Assembly: GCA_016180035.1 (NCBI GenBank)
Contig: JACPCA010000008.1
Coordinates: forward strand, 1 to 48,250
DNA from: Candidatus Woesearchaeota archaeon
GTDB taxonomy: Archaea; Nanobdellota; Nanobdellia; Woesearchaeales; UBA12501
Length of the DNA stretch: 48,250 bases
Reading direction: 5' to 3'
Shown here in pieces: positions 33,424-43,277 of the stretch. Below the pieces are notes generated by a model. That model was not told the origin of the DNA and searched no databases. It was given only the letters and a program-made list of their open reading frames with translations. Within the stretch, counting starts at the first letter, position 1, and each line of letters begins with the position of its first letter. Both the position numbers and the translations under genes were made by a program.

Positions 33424-34737
33424 TTACGCCAGCTGCTCTGCGGTCAGCACCTGGACTGGAGAGGCGCCAAGCTTGGCGTCAGTTCCCATCCCGATGAGGA
33501 ATTTGATCCTTGACTTTTCTGCAGTCTGGACGATTTCCCGATCGACGCTGCCGTCAAAGATGACTGCATAGACGCCGGAACCAAGGCTGTTCACCGTCGG
33601 GACAAGCTCTGTCAAGGGGACTTTTCCGAGAATGTTGAGCTTTTCATCAAGGATGAAGGCTCCCCTCGTCCCGATCAGGTCGTCGAGCATTCCCTTAAAC
33701 GTGCTTTTTTCTGTTGAAGAGATAGCGGCGCGGGAGCGCGGCGGCGGATAAGCTCCACGGGAAGACGAAGCAGGCGGCTGCCCATTTGCCATCGAAGGCG
33801 GCGGCGACTGCCCCTGCATTGGCGGCCTTGCGAACCTTGACGGTGCCTGCTGCGGCTGCTGCTTGTTGAAGCTGCGCTGCGGCTGCTGGGACATCCGTGA
33901 TGAACTATCCATCTCCTGCTGGAACTGTTCTGCCGTCATCTTGGACCGGAGAGCCTGATGGATCTCTTTCTTCGTCAGCTCTTCAACCTCTTTTCCGTCT
34001 GGCGCGCTGGTCACGAAATCGATGGAAGCGACCTGGAGGAGCTCCTTGATGTTCAGGATCCCGCCCCTGTCGCCGTCGACAAAGACCGTGACTTCCTTCT
34101 TGCGGCACAGGTCAATGACGGTCTGGCTTGCGGACGTGCCGTTCATGGCGACGACGTTCTTGATGCCGTGCTTCAGCATGGTGAGAACGTCAGCCCTGCC
34201 TTCGACGAGGATGATCTCTTCTATATCGTCGATGCCGGGGCCGCAAGGAAGGCGGTCCTTGCCGTACTCCTGGACTTCCATGACCCTGACAGAGTATGCA
34301 ACTTCATCTGCCAATTCCTGAGAATCCGGCATGACGCTGTCGATCATGTCTCGCAGCAGCTCTTTTGCCCTTGTCACGACAAAGGTGCGCTTGGAAACAC
34401 GGACGTCTTCGATCTTGGTGACGCGTATCCTGGCATTGCAGGGGCCGATGCGCTGGATGATCTCAAACGCGGCAGCGATGATAGCGGTCTCCGCCTTGTC
34501 AAGGGATGAAGGGACAATGATCTCTCCTTTCGTCTTTCCTGTCTTGGTGTCGACGTTGACTTCAATCCTGCCGATCCTTCCGGAACGCTGGAGCTCTCTC
34601 AGCTCAAGGTCAGCTCCGAGAAGGCCTTCAGTCTGGCCGAATACCGCGCCGATAACGTCAGGCGTGTCAACAACACCGTCAATGTCGATCGTTGAGTGAA
34701 TGATATATTTTGCAGATACTGGACTGATCTTTCCCAT
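33424..34737 (-). CDS. dnaG: Archaeal DnaG-type Toprim protein (primase/exosome-associated) with Q/P-rich insert
   Basis: KISPVSAKYIIHSTIDIDGVVDTPDVIGAVFGQTEGLLG N-domain, Toprim LVEGRADV..VDGDRGG. GGAGGG RBS. Confidence 0.85.
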   Translation of the reverse strand: MGKISPVSAKYIIHSTIDIDGVVDTPDVIGAVFGQTEGLLGADLELRELQRSGRIGRIEVNVDTKTGKTKGEIIVPSSLDKAETAIIAAAFEIIQRIGPCNARIRVTKIEDVRVSKRTFVVTRAKELLRDMIDSVMPDSQELADEVAYSVRVMEVQEYGKDRLPCGPGIDDIEEIILVEGRADVLTMLKHGIKNVVAMNGTSASQTVIDLCRKKEVTVFVDGDRGGILNIKELLQVASIDFVTSAPDGKEVEELTKKEIHQALRSKMTAEQFQQEMDSSSRMSQQPQRSFNKQQPQQAPSRFARPPMQGQSPPPSMANGQPPASSSRGAYPPPRSRAAISSTEKSTFKGMLDDLIGTRGAFILDEKLNILGKVPLTELVPTVNSLGSGVYAVIFDGSVDREIVQTAEKSRIKFLIGMGTDAKLGASPVQVLTAEQLA

Positions 34738-35392
34738 GGTATGAACCCTCCGTTGCGTAGTTGGTTATTTTTCACGATAACGCCAAGAGAACAAAGAACA
34801 GAACAGCAAACAGAACAGACCTTTTTCAATCTGTTCTTCACGGTCATAAAAGGATGGATAAAGGAACGTGATAATCTCTTATTTGCTTTCTATTCTATCT
34901 GCTTTCTCTGGGTCTCGTTTTCTTTATGTCTTGAGTAACAATTCTTACAACAATGAATGGAAAATTGTCGCCCGACGTACTAACTCCCAAGCTCATGGCT
35001 TGAGTTTATCGTATGCTCCCTTGGGTACTCTCGTATCGGGCTGGATCGTGAAAGAGTGTCTTATAGTCACCACCAAACAGAATGTTCAGTTCATACAAGG
35101 ACCCATTTTCACAAGAAGACAATAATGGAGCTCCTTAATAAAGCTTATGGATATAAGTGATACAGGGATAATAAGGGTTGGATAAAGAGGTACTGGTAGG
35201 AAATTGCAGATAGAGAACAAAAATTCCCCTGGATAGCCGAAGCCATCCAGAGGAAAGAGGTGTTTAGACATGTTGGGTTAAAAACAGGGTGTTTTTAACT
35301 ACTAAACAGGAAGAAAGAGTTGTATATAAACCTTACTGGCTAAACGGCTCTGAAGAGACAGCTGAAGAGGCGAACCAGCTCATTTTATAAAG

Positions 35393-36202
35393 ATGGCCAG
35401 CCCAAATTGGACTGAAACAGAGATCTCAAGAACCATGCCCCCCATCACCCGCGAAAAATTCAGGACCTCCCAGGCAGTATTCGACAACCATACCGAACGA
35501 TGCCTGTTCAAGCTCTCTTCTCAAGGCCATTTTCTTCATCTGGAAAGCCCGATATCCATCGGAAAAGAAGCAAACCTGTTTACTGCCAGAAAGGCAGACA
35601 AGAGCTTCTGCATCATCAAGATTTACCGTGTGGAAAACTGCGACTTCAACAAGATGTATGATTACCTGAAGCTCGACCCGAGATACCCGCTGCCGAAGAA
35701 AAACCGCCGCCACGTCATCTTCACCTGGGCACGGCGCGAATACCGCAACCTCCTCAAGGCAAGAGAGGCTGGCGTGAGGGTTCCAACACCCTACGCCGTG
35801 CTTGACAACATCATCGTCATGGAACTCATCGGCGATAAGGAAGCAGGCAAGCCATCACCGAAACTGAAGGACTGCCCGCCAGCGAATCCTGAACATTTTT
35901 TTGAGATCATCCAAGCCCAGATGGCGCTCCTGTACCGCGCAGGTTTGATCCATGGGGATCTCTCCAAGTTCAATATCCTCAACTGGGATGATAAGCCCGT
36001 CCTGATCGACATGTCCCAATCGACGACAACAGAGGGGAGCAATGCTCAAGAGCTTCTCGAAAGGGATGTGAGGAACGTCATGGCCTATTTCGAGAAAAGC
36101 GGCATGCCTCTCCAAGCAGGCACGATGATACAGAAGATCACCAGCAGACTCAGAAGCGCGCCAGAGAAGAAAGGGAGTGGCAAGAGAAGGAAAGAAAAGT
36201 AG
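35393..36202 (+). CDS. RIO-type serine protein kinase (Rio1-like; alternative start 35435)
   Basis: ISIGKEANLFTA, IIKIYR, LIHGDLSKFNIL, IDMSQS motifs. A TATA-like TTTTATAAAG abuts the 35393 ATG, so the second ATG may be the real start. Confidence 0.85.
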   Translation: MASPNWTETEISRTMPPITREKFRTSQAVFDNHTERCLFKLSSQGHFLHLESPISIGKEANLFTARKADKSFCIIKIYRVENCDFNKMYDYLKLDPRYPLPKKNRRHVIFTWARREYRNLLKAREAGVRVPTPYAVLDNIIVMELIGDKEAGKPSPKLKDCPPANPEHFFEIIQAQMALLYRAGLIHGDLSKFNILNWDDKPVLIDMSQSTTTEGSNAQELLERDVRNVMAYFEKSGMPLQAGTMIQKITSRLRSAPEKKGSGKRRKEK

Positions 36203-36408
36203 GATGTATTGGAGCGCTTGTCTCGTCGAAGAAAAAAAAAGAAAAAAGATGTGGAACTTTGGTTCTCACATCAAAGATAGCCAAGTTTTCTCATAAAAAG
36301 GACTCATTTATAAATTTTTTGCGGATCTCGGCGTATAGAAAGCAGTAAAAAGCGCCCCAAAACTGGTTTGAAGGATAGAAAAGAGCCCAATAAAAGAAAT
36401 ACCCGTGC

Positions 36409-37641
36409 TTAATCCTTCCCAAGGAACCAATCCGTCAATTTTATCTTGACCATCTTTCCCTGTTTCTCAACACCCAGAACCTTCTTTGCCTCGAGAGAAG
36501 AGAACGATCGTGACAAAGACGTCTTCGGTATGCCGGTCAGGTGGCGAAGCACCGATTGGGATGCCTCGAACTTGTTCTGGACCAGCGCATCGACAATTTT
36601 TGTTTCCCGCTCATTCAGCGTCTTCATAATATCACGCGCGCGCGGATTCAATGCAGAAGAGGGTGATGTGCTGGCCGGCTCTTCTGAATCTATCGGAGCA
36701 GAACCGTTTGTCTTTGCCCCAGTTTCTTTCAGTTTTTTTTCAATATTGGTCTCGAGCACCTGGCGAACTTCTGTCAGCTCCCGCTGAAACCTTTTCCGAA
36801 GGCGCTGGCGGATGCTGATGAACAGGATGATGCCTCCAGCAATAACAACAACGATGCCCACCAGATACCCTGCCAAGCCTGGAGAAAATGCCAGCGGCGC
36901 AGATTGATCCAGCTCAATTTTGACACTGACCACGTTTCCTCGGACAACAGTAGTTTCAACAACGCCAACAGAATTCAGGAATGATGCAAAAATCTTGCAT
37001 GTCCCTGCAGGAACAAGGACGGAGCGGAATGACCCATATCGGTCTGTCTTCGACGGAAAATCGATGTCACCATCAGTCCTGCACATGAAGTCAAGCTCTG
37101 CTCCAGCAATAAGATGGTTCTCGCTATCCACCACAACGCCTTCAAGCATTCCCACCGGATTGACATAAAAAGTCTTCACTACCCTGGTGTCTGTCGACTG
37201 GATGTTGAAGTGATGCTCTGCAGAATAGTCCACTTCATTCGATGTCTGATTCAGCACTTTGACTCCTATTTCCCAATTTCCAGTGGATATACGGTATGTC
37301 AAGACACCGGCTTCGGATAAGTATTGCGTGACATGCTCCTGAAAGCCGGTATTCAAGTTTCGGACTTCAATCATGACAGGAACAGAAGAGATGATCTGAT
37401 TGGAGGTGATGTCCTTGATGATCAGCGACAAAAGAGGGAGAGTAGACGTGATGTCGGAGGTGGTGTCTGTTGGCATGCCTGCGGCTTCTCCGACAAGTGT
37501 GTCATCCGAAACAGAGTCCACCACAGCAGGCTCTTCCTGGGCAATGCTGGAAACAAGGGCAAGGCCAAGAAAGAGAAGAAAGACAGGGACAACAAGATGA
37601 GTTATACGCCTGATACGCTGATGGGATACTGATTGATTCAT
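36409..37641 (-). CDS. Single-pass membrane protein: extracellular carboxypeptidase-regulatory-like beta domain, TM, cytoplasmic winged-HTH
   Basis: Signal/TM at the N-terminus, GVVVDSENHLIAGAELDF..TDRYGSF..PAGTCKI beta-sandwich motif, TM GYLVGIVVVIAGGIILFISI, C-terminal ERETKIVDALV..SQSVLRHLTGIPKTSLSRSFSSLEAKKVL. The track start is TTG (37653); the ATG at 37641 was used. Confidence 0.6.
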   Translation of the reverse strand: MNQSVSHQRIRRITHLVVPVFLLFLGLALVSSIAQEEPAVVDSVSDDTLVGEAAGMPTDTTSDITSTLPLLSLIIKDITSNQIISSVPVMIEVRNLNTGFQEHVTQYLSEAGVLTYRISTGNWEIGVKVLNQTSNEVDYSAEHHFNIQSTDTRVVKTFYVNPVGMLEGVVVDSENHLIAGAELDFMCRTDGDIDFPSKTDRYGSFRSVLVPAGTCKIFASFLNSVGVVETTVVRGNVVSVKIELDQSAPLAFSPGLAGYLVGIVVVIAGGIILFISIRQRLRKRFQRELTEVRQVLETNIEKKLKETGAKTNGSAPIDSEEPASTSPSSALNPRARDIMKTLNERETKIVDALVQNKFEASQSVLRHLTGIPKTSLSRSFSSLEAKKVLGVEKQGKMVKIKLTDWFLGKD

Positions 37642-37664
37642 AGAAATGGGCAAGAGGCAAACAG

Positions 37665-37673
37665 TTTATAAAA
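37665..37673 (-). promoter_or_regulatory. TATA-like box (TTTTATAAA on the minus strand) for the membrane wHTH gene
   Basis: 24 nt upstream of the ATG at 37641. Confidence 0.35.
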
Positions 37674-37821
37674 GTTGCTACTGATAACGTGGATAGAGTG
37701 GAAAGTTTTAAAAAGGAAGCGTTATACGCCAGAAGTGGGTGGGATGTTGGTAGAAGATGGTGACGGAGACCAATAGGCAGGGATAGGATAAATAGGCGGG
37801 AATAGAATAAACAGCACGAAG

Positions 37822-37829
37822 AATATAAT
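37822..37829 (+). promoter_or_regulatory. TATA-like box (AATATAAT) for the KH-domain gene
   Basis: 18-25 nt upstream of the ATG at 37847. Confidence 0.35.
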
Positions 37830-37846
37830 GTCACTTGAGGATATGT

Positions 37847-38389
37847 ATGACGCTTGACCAACCAGAATATACTGACGAACTAAAGATCCCAAAGGACCGC
37901 GTTGCCATCCTTATCGGAAAGGCAGGATCAGCAAAGAAAGACATCGAGCGGGCTACACAGACCCGTCTTGAGATCGACTCCGAAGAAGGCGATGTCACGA
38001 TACGGGGAAAGGACACCATCCTTCTTTTCAGCGCAAGAGAGATCATCCGTGCCATCGGGCGCGGATTCAATCCGGACATCGCAAGGCTGCTTCTAAAGCA
38101 GGATTACTCGTTCGAGACCCTGCCGCTTTCGGAGTATCTCGGCAAGTCAAAAAAGAGGATGATGAGAGTGAAATCCCGCATCATCGGAGAAGATGGCAGG
38201 GCGCGAAGGACGATTGAGGAACTGACTGAAACGCACATTCGCGTGTATGGAAAGACGATCGGCATCATTGGGCCGTTAGAGCGCGTTCTTATGGCAAAGC
38301 AGGCGGTGGAGATGCTGTTTTCCGGAAGCACCCATGCTACGGTCTATAAATGGCTGGAGAGAAAACACCGCAGCTTCCGGCAGTTATAG
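37847..38389 (+). CDS. KH-domain RNA-binding protein (Dim2/Pno1-like ribosome-biogenesis factor)
   Basis: Two KH-like units (IPKDRVAILIGKAGSAKKDIE; IIGEDGRARRTIEELT). The track start is TTG (37835); the ATG at 37847 was used. Confidence 0.8.
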   Translation: MTLDQPEYTDELKIPKDRVAILIGKAGSAKKDIERATQTRLEIDSEEGDVTIRGKDTILLFSAREIIRAIGRGFNPDIARLLLKQDYSFETLPLSEYLGKSKKRMMRVKSRIIGEDGRARRTIEELTETHIRVYGKTIGIIGPLERVLMAKQAVEMLFSGSTHATVYKWLERKHRSFRQL

Positions 38390-38424
38390 TTTCTTTGTAG
38401 GCAGAGAACGGATTGATAGAAAAT

Positions 38425-38680
38425 AATAAAACCGGCAGAGCCGGTAACGGGTTATGGCGCCGTCGCCTATCACATTGTTCTTCCAATCCATTTTTCTTGC
38501 AATTTGTAACAAAAAATAATAAATGTGCCAGGGGCACAACGGGTTACGGCGCCGCCACGCATGAATCTGTTGTTCATGTCCATTTTTTTGCTCCTCAACA
38601 GTGTGGAGCAAAAAAATGGAATTTATGAAATTAAACGCGACGGCGCGGATGTCCGTTAATGCCCATTTGGCATTTTTGTT
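38425..38680. repeat. Family II element, copy 3: truncated left half (38425-~38500) followed by a complete copy (~38508-38680)
   Basis: The left half is near-identical to the copy 2 left arm. The complete copy has side hairpins GTGCCaggGGCAC and ATGCC..GGCAT, and central hairpin CCATTTTTTTGCTCC/GGAGCAAAAAAATGG. Confidence 0.75.
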
Positions 38681-38833
38681 ATTTTTTGTCCAAACGTGCG
38701 ACACTGAGAAATTTATTACTTTTCACAAAACGAATAATCGCAACATTAATAAAACAGTTGCCTTGAAAAGCGGAGAAGCGCAGCGATCACTGCATCGCGG
38801 CACCGTATAGCTGCTTTACCCCACCAGTTATAG

Positions 38834-40705
38834 ATGATTTACCCTACCAGCAGATGCCAACAGCGGCAAACAACCACCATGACGCAGACAACGCTCTCCC
38901 CTCAGGGAAAAGAAGAGAAAGAGGATCATGACAGCCACACTGCTACAAAAGCGCATGAGATGGCAAAAAAGCAGAGGGATATCTCTGTCGCAGAATTCTT
39001 CGAGAAGAACAGGCATCTTCTTGGGTTTGACAATAAGCGAAAAGCGCTCCTCACGGCAGTAAAAGAGGCAGTGGACAATTCTTTGGATGCCTGCGAAGAA
39101 GCAAAGATCCTTCCTGAAATTTCCGTGGAGATCATTGATATGCAGAATGACCGGTTCCGCATCGTTGTAGAGGACAACGGCCCGGGCATCATCAAGAAGC
39201 AGATCCCCAACATTTTTGCCAAGCTCCTGTACGGCAGCAAGTTCCACAAGCTTTCCCAGACGCGCGGCCAGCAGGGCATCGGCATCAGCGCTGCAGCGCT
39301 CTACGGCCAGCTCAGCACCGGAAGGCGGATCGGGATCGTATCAAAAATATCACCGAAGCATCCCGCGCATTATTTTGAGCTCCATCTTGACACCAAGAAC
39401 AACACGCCAGAGATCGCCAAGGAAGAAGAGACAGAATGGAAAAAGGATCACGGCACGAGAATAGAGCTTGATCTTGAAGCGATCTACCAGAAAGGCCTTC
39501 AGTCCGTCGACATGTACCTGAAGGAGACTGCCATCGTGAACCCGCACTGCACGATCATCTACACGAACCCCAAGGCAGAGCAGATCATCTTCCCGCGGGC
39601 AACAGACGAGCTCCCGCCGGAGACGAAAGAGATCAAGCCGCACCCCCATGGCGTCGAGCTTGGCATGCTGATCAAGATGCTTGACGCTACCGAGGCAAGG
39701 ACGCTGCAGAGCTTTTTCACCACGGAATTCTCCCGGGTCGGCGACGGCACGGCAAAAGAGATCTGCAGCAAGGCAGGGATGCTTCCTTCCCAAAAGCCGC
39801 AGGAGGTGTCTCGAGACCAGGCCGAGCGCCTCATGAAAGCCATCCCTCAAGTCAGGATCATCTCCCCTCCTACCGACTGCTTATCCCCGATCGGAGAAGA
39901 GAATCTCAAGCGCGGGCTCAAGAAGGAGATCAACGCGGAATTCTACTGCGCCACGACGCGCCCGCCGTCCGTCTACCGCGGCAATCCGTTCATCATTGAA
40001 GCAGCTGTTGCGTACGGCGGCGAGCTTGGGGCAGAAGAGCCTGCCCGTGTCATGCGGTTTGCTAACCGCGTCCCGCTCCAGTACCAGCAGGCAGCCTGCT
40101 CATCGACCAAAGCGATTCTTGATACGGTATGGAGGAATTATGGGCTGCAGCAGAGCAGGGGGGCGCTGCCGATCGGCCCTGCGGTGATCCTCATCCATAT
40201 GTCCTCTGTCTGGGTGCCCTTCACGTCAGAAGCGAAAGAAGCCATGGCGCATTATCCGGAGATCATCAAGGAAATGAGGCTTGCCCTGCAGGAGTGCGGC
40301 CGAGAGCTGGCGCGCTACACCAACAAGAAGCGCCGCCTCACCGACGAGCTCAAGAAGAGGGGATACATTGAAAAGTACATCCCCTACGTCTGCAGCGCTC
40401 TCGGCGAACTGCTCAGCCTCAAGGAAAATAATAAGGAAGAGATATCAGAATCGCTCAAAAAGATTCTTGAAGAAAAACGAGGAAAAATCGAGGATATCAG
40501 CGATGATAATGAGGAATATGATGAAGAATTCGCCAGCATCGGGCAGGAAGGAGAAGAGGATGAAGGAGAAGCAGGCGCGAAGAACGATAAAGAAGGAGAT
40601 GATCAAGAGCAAGAGAATGGCAGCGGCAAGAAAAAGCGCCGAAAGAAAAATGATGATGAAGAGAATGAAGAGTCCGGCGAAGAGCAGGGCGGGATGGATG
40701 AGTAA
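38834..40705 (+). CDS. top6B: DNA topoisomerase VI subunit B with acidic C-terminal tail (homology favours start at 38960; 38879 also possible)
   Basis: [30 protein letters not shown] (Bergerat ATPase N box), [18 protein letters not shown]. Confidence 0.9.
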   Translation: MIYPTSRCQQRQTTTMTQTTLSPQGKEEKEDHDSHTATKAHEMAKKQRDISVAEFFEKNRHLLGFDNKRKALLTAVKEAVDNSLDACEEAKILPEISVEIIDMQNDRFRIVVEDNGPGIIKKQIPNIFAKLLYGSKFHKLSQTRGQQGIGISAAALYGQLSTGRRIGIVSKISPKHPAHYFELHLDTKNNTPEIAKEEETEWKKDHGTRIELDLEAIYQKGLQSVDMYLKETAIVNPHCTIIYTNPKAEQIIFPRATDELPPETKEIKPHPHGVELGMLIKMLDATEARTLQSFFTTEFSRVGDGTAKEICSKAGMLPSQKPQEVSRDQAERLMKAIPQVRIISPPTDCLSPIGEENLKRGLKKEINAEFYCATTRPPSVYRGNPFIIEAAVAYGGELGAEEPARVMRFANRVPLQYQQAACSSTKAILDTVWRNYGLQQSRGALPIGPAVILIHMSSVWVPFTSEAKEAMAHYPEIIKEMRLALQECGRELARYTNKKRRLTDELKKRGYIEKYIPYVCSALGELLSLKENNKEEISESLKKILEEKRGKIEDISDDNEEYDEEFASIGQEGEEDEGEAGAKNDKEGDDQEQENGSGKKKRRKKNDDEENEESGEEQGGMDE

Positions 40706-40779
40706 TGCTGCAAGGTGAAGAACAAGAAGAGATGGCGGATAATGATGCAAGATAAAGAACAAGACGGAGCGGATGAATA

Positions 40780-41877
40780 ATGGTACAGATGCACAGCCCT
40801 CAGGAGATCGTACAAGACATCAAGGCTATTGCCAATGAAGTCTATCAGAAGATCATCAAGATAAAAGCGCCAACGCTGAGCATGCCATTGCGCTCGCTCC
40901 AGAACGTCAAATACGACGAGAAAGAAGGATACTTTGAAGTGCTCGGCAAAAAGAAGGCAAGGACGCTCACGGCCTCCACGGTCAAGACGTTCGCACAGAC
41001 GCTCCTGATGATGAACGAGTCCAAAAAGCTCGTGGAGACCGACGACATCGCCACCAAGAGAGAGATGTATTACATCTCCAAGAACTGGGGTGAAGCACGG
41101 TTCAAGGAGCAGCCGGAATCAGATACTGTCATGGACGATTATGAGGCAATGCTCAGCGTGAACCGCGAGCAGATCGGCTTCGTCCCGGAAGAGAAAGGCG
41201 GCGCGGTCGCCGGAAAGCTCGTTGTCATCGACAAGGATGATACTGGAAAAGAGCTGCGCATCGACTGCACCAAGTTCGGCTCTGGCGCGTATTCCGTGCC
41301 GACCAGCGTGGAGCACCTCAAGTTCGAGACAAAAGCGGACTTTGTCTTGGCGATCGAGACCGCAGGTATGTTCCAGCGGCTGGTGAAGCATAACTACTGG
41401 AAGACTGCCAACTGCGTCCTGGTCTCTATGGGCGGCGTGCCGACACGCGCCTGCAGAAGGTTTATCAGAAGGCTGTCGGATGACATGAAAATTCCCGTAT
41501 ATGTCTTCACCGACGGCGATCCCTACGGATACCTCAATATTTATCGCACGCTGAAAGTCGGCTCCGGCAATGCCGCGCACATCAACAAGTACTTCTGCGT
41601 GCCGAACGCAAAATTCATCGGCGTTACGCCGCAGGACATCATCGACTACAAGCTGCCGACGCATCCGCTGAAAGACATTGACGTGAAGCGCGTCCGGGAC
41701 GGCATGAAGAACGACCCCTTCGTCCAGCACTACAAGGCCTGGCAGAAAGCTCTCGACCATATGGTCTTGATGAAGAAGAGAGTGGAACAGCAGGCCTTCG
41801 CCGCACATTCGCTGAATTTCGTCATTGACACCTATCTGCCGGAAAAGATCAAGAACCAGAAGACCTGGCTGCCGTGA
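40780..41877 (+). CDS. top6A: DNA topoisomerase VI subunit A (Spo11 family)
   Basis: REMYYISKNW (catalytic Tyr region), Toprim VLAIETAGMF..VFTDGDPYG. Confidence 0.95.
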   Translation: MVQMHSPQEIVQDIKAIANEVYQKIIKIKAPTLSMPLRSLQNVKYDEKEGYFEVLGKKKARTLTASTVKTFAQTLLMMNESKKLVETDDIATKREMYYISKNWGEARFKEQPESDTVMDDYEAMLSVNREQIGFVPEEKGGAVAGKLVVIDKDDTGKELRIDCTKFGSGAYSVPTSVEHLKFETKADFVLAIETAGMFQRLVKHNYWKTANCVLVSMGGVPTRACRRFIRRLSDDMKIPVYVFTDGDPYGYLNIYRTLKVGSGNAAHINKYFCVPNAKFIGVTPQDIIDYKLPTHPLKDIDVKRVRDGMKNDPFVQHYKAWQKALDHMVLMKKRVEQQAFAAHSLNFVIDTYLPEKIKNQKTWLP

Positions 41878-41902
41878 GGGGTTTCTTTTTTGTTCATTTT
41901 TT

Positions 41903-42067
41903 GGCGCTGTAAAAAATGTCATCCAGATTTTGGTGCGCCGCCGTGACTTTCACTGAAGACTCTTTTTTCTTTCCCACCCTGCAAGGTGAGGTGGGAAAGA
42001 AAAAAGACCTAAACCAAGTTTAGATACGGCGGCGCTATGTATAAGCCATGATATTTTCTACAGAGCC
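41903..42067. repeat. Hybrid structured element, copy 4: family I-like termini with a family II-like core
   Basis: Termini GGCGCTGTAAAAAATGTC and GATATTTTCTACAGAGCC (reverse complement GGCTCTGTAGAAAATATC). Core GCGCCGCCG .. TCTTTTTTCTTTCCCACC/GGTGGGAAAGAAAAAAGA .. CGGCGGCGC. No clear target duplication. Confidence 0.6.
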
Positions 42068-42121
42068 GATAGCACCATAAACTAGTTATACCAGTTATAA
42101 CTTTGATTATACCAAGAGAGT

Positions 42122-42439
42122 ATGGCTCAACAAAGGAAGATAACGTGCGACTGTGGGGGGCATCTCCAAGAACAAGACATGGAGCTAGATCATATCCTCA
42201 CCAAGGCAATGGTGTGTGATGCCTGCCAGTTCACGACCTTGACCAAAGAGCAAGCTAAGGAGTTTCGGAAGCGGGTAGAATTCCACCAGGCGATAGACCA
42301 GGAAAAGCAGGTTATTCAGATAGGGAACAGCATGGGAATAACGCTCCCTGAAAAGTTGCGGGACTATGGCGTCAGCATTGGAAAGAAATTACGGATTGAG
42401 GCCATTGATGACAAGTCATTTAAGGTGGAGATTGTTTAG
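42122..42439 (+). CDS. Zinc-ribbon plus AbrB/SpoVT (MazE-like) domain protein
   Basis: CDCGG..CDAC ribbon. C-terminal IQIGNSMGITLPEKLRDYGVSIGKKLRIEAIDDKSFKVE matches the swapped-hairpin beta-barrel pattern of antitoxin/transition-state regulators. Confidence 0.6.
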   Translation: MAQQRKITCDCGGHLQEQDMELDHILTKAMVCDACQFTTLTKEQAKEFRKRVEFHQAIDQEKQVIQIGNSMGITLPEKLRDYGVSIGKKLRIEAIDDKSFKVEIV

Positions 42440-42477
42440 AGAAATACTGCCACAAGAAGACCTGGCTGCCGTGAGCA

Positions 42478-43242
42478 TTAAAGTTGGATTAGCAAGTCAC
42501 GAACTCTGTGCCGGTTCTCTGTGTAAAAAGAAGATGAGGGTTCTGCACTCTTGTCATATTCTTTAAAAAAAGGGTAGAGCTGGTCTACATCCCCGCAAAC
42601 AAGCCGTGTAATCTCATCGCCGGAACGAACAACAAACGAGGTTCCGTAAAGGATTGGAACGCCTATATCTTTAGCATCAATCCTGCCATATGCTTCTGAC
42701 CTGGTAAACCTAAAAAATGCTTTGTAATCGATGGTACTAAGCACCATGTTCAGTTCGTGAAAATGAGTTGTACGAACAGCATGATCTACCACTGACGTAT
42801 TGTAAGCAGCCAGGACATATTCCTCCACAGCATATTTGCCGCCTTGAGACAGGTCTTCACCGACAAGGCCAAATTCAAAGCCGTGCTGAACAATGAAAGA
42901 GAACCGCGGAACATCAACGTGGCCTCGCACGGAAGCAACATAGAACAGCGTTGGCTCAAATGCCACGGCATGGCCGGAAGCAGGTTCGTTATACCGTTTT
43001 AGGACAGCATGATGTTGCTCGCCACCAGCAGAAAAAGCACCAAGAGGATAGACTCGCCGTGCAGTTCCTCCCTGAAGTGCCAGTTCTTCAAACGCTGAAG
43101 GATCAGCCATAATGGAGCGCGCTAATTCTGCTACATCGGATTCCCTGAACGAAGGAGCAAGTTGTGCTGAAGTTGAAAAGTGATCCACCATTTCTTTGAG
43201 AAACAGGAACTGTCTTATAAAATCATCGAAACCCCACAACAA
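42478..43242 (-). CDS. Hypothetical protein (track start is TTG at 43242; first ATG at 43191)
   Basis: Uninterrupted 254-codon frame with balanced composition. No motif I can assign. Convergent with the AbrB-like gene. Confidence 0.45.
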   Translation of the reverse strand: MLWGFDDFIRQFLFLKEMVDHFSTSAQLAPSFRESDVAELARSIMADPSAFEELALQGGTARRVYPLGAFSAGGEQHHAVLKRYNEPASGHAVAFEPTLFYVASVRGHVDVPRFSFIVQHGFEFGLVGEDLSQGGKYAVEEYVLAAYNTSVVDHAVRTTHFHELNMVLSTIDYKAFFRFTRSEAYGRIDAKDIGVPILYGTSFVVRSGDEITRLVCGDVDQLYPFFKEYDKSAEPSSSFYTENRHRVRDLLIQL

Positions 43243-43277
43243 CCTTTAAAAACCAGCCGCCTTCACAAGCCGGTTAT

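Noticed and set aside
34738-35392. 655-nt AT-rich divergent intergenic region between dnaG and the RIO kinase gene, checked for tRNA, small ORFs (34868-35125, 35086-35271) and MITE termini.
   Set aside because: Only isolated hairpins (GAACAGAcctttttcaaTCTGTTC, GTTAAAAACagggtGTTTTTAAC) and TATA-like strings were found. There is no cloverleaf, no TIR or target duplication, and the ORFs have poor composition. An unannotated sRNA cannot be excluded without expression data.
38425-38700. Adjacent repeated units considered as a mini CRISPR array.
   Set aside because: There are only one and a half units, each about 170 bp and internally palindromic. There is no short direct repeat and spacer periodicity, and no cas genes in the window.
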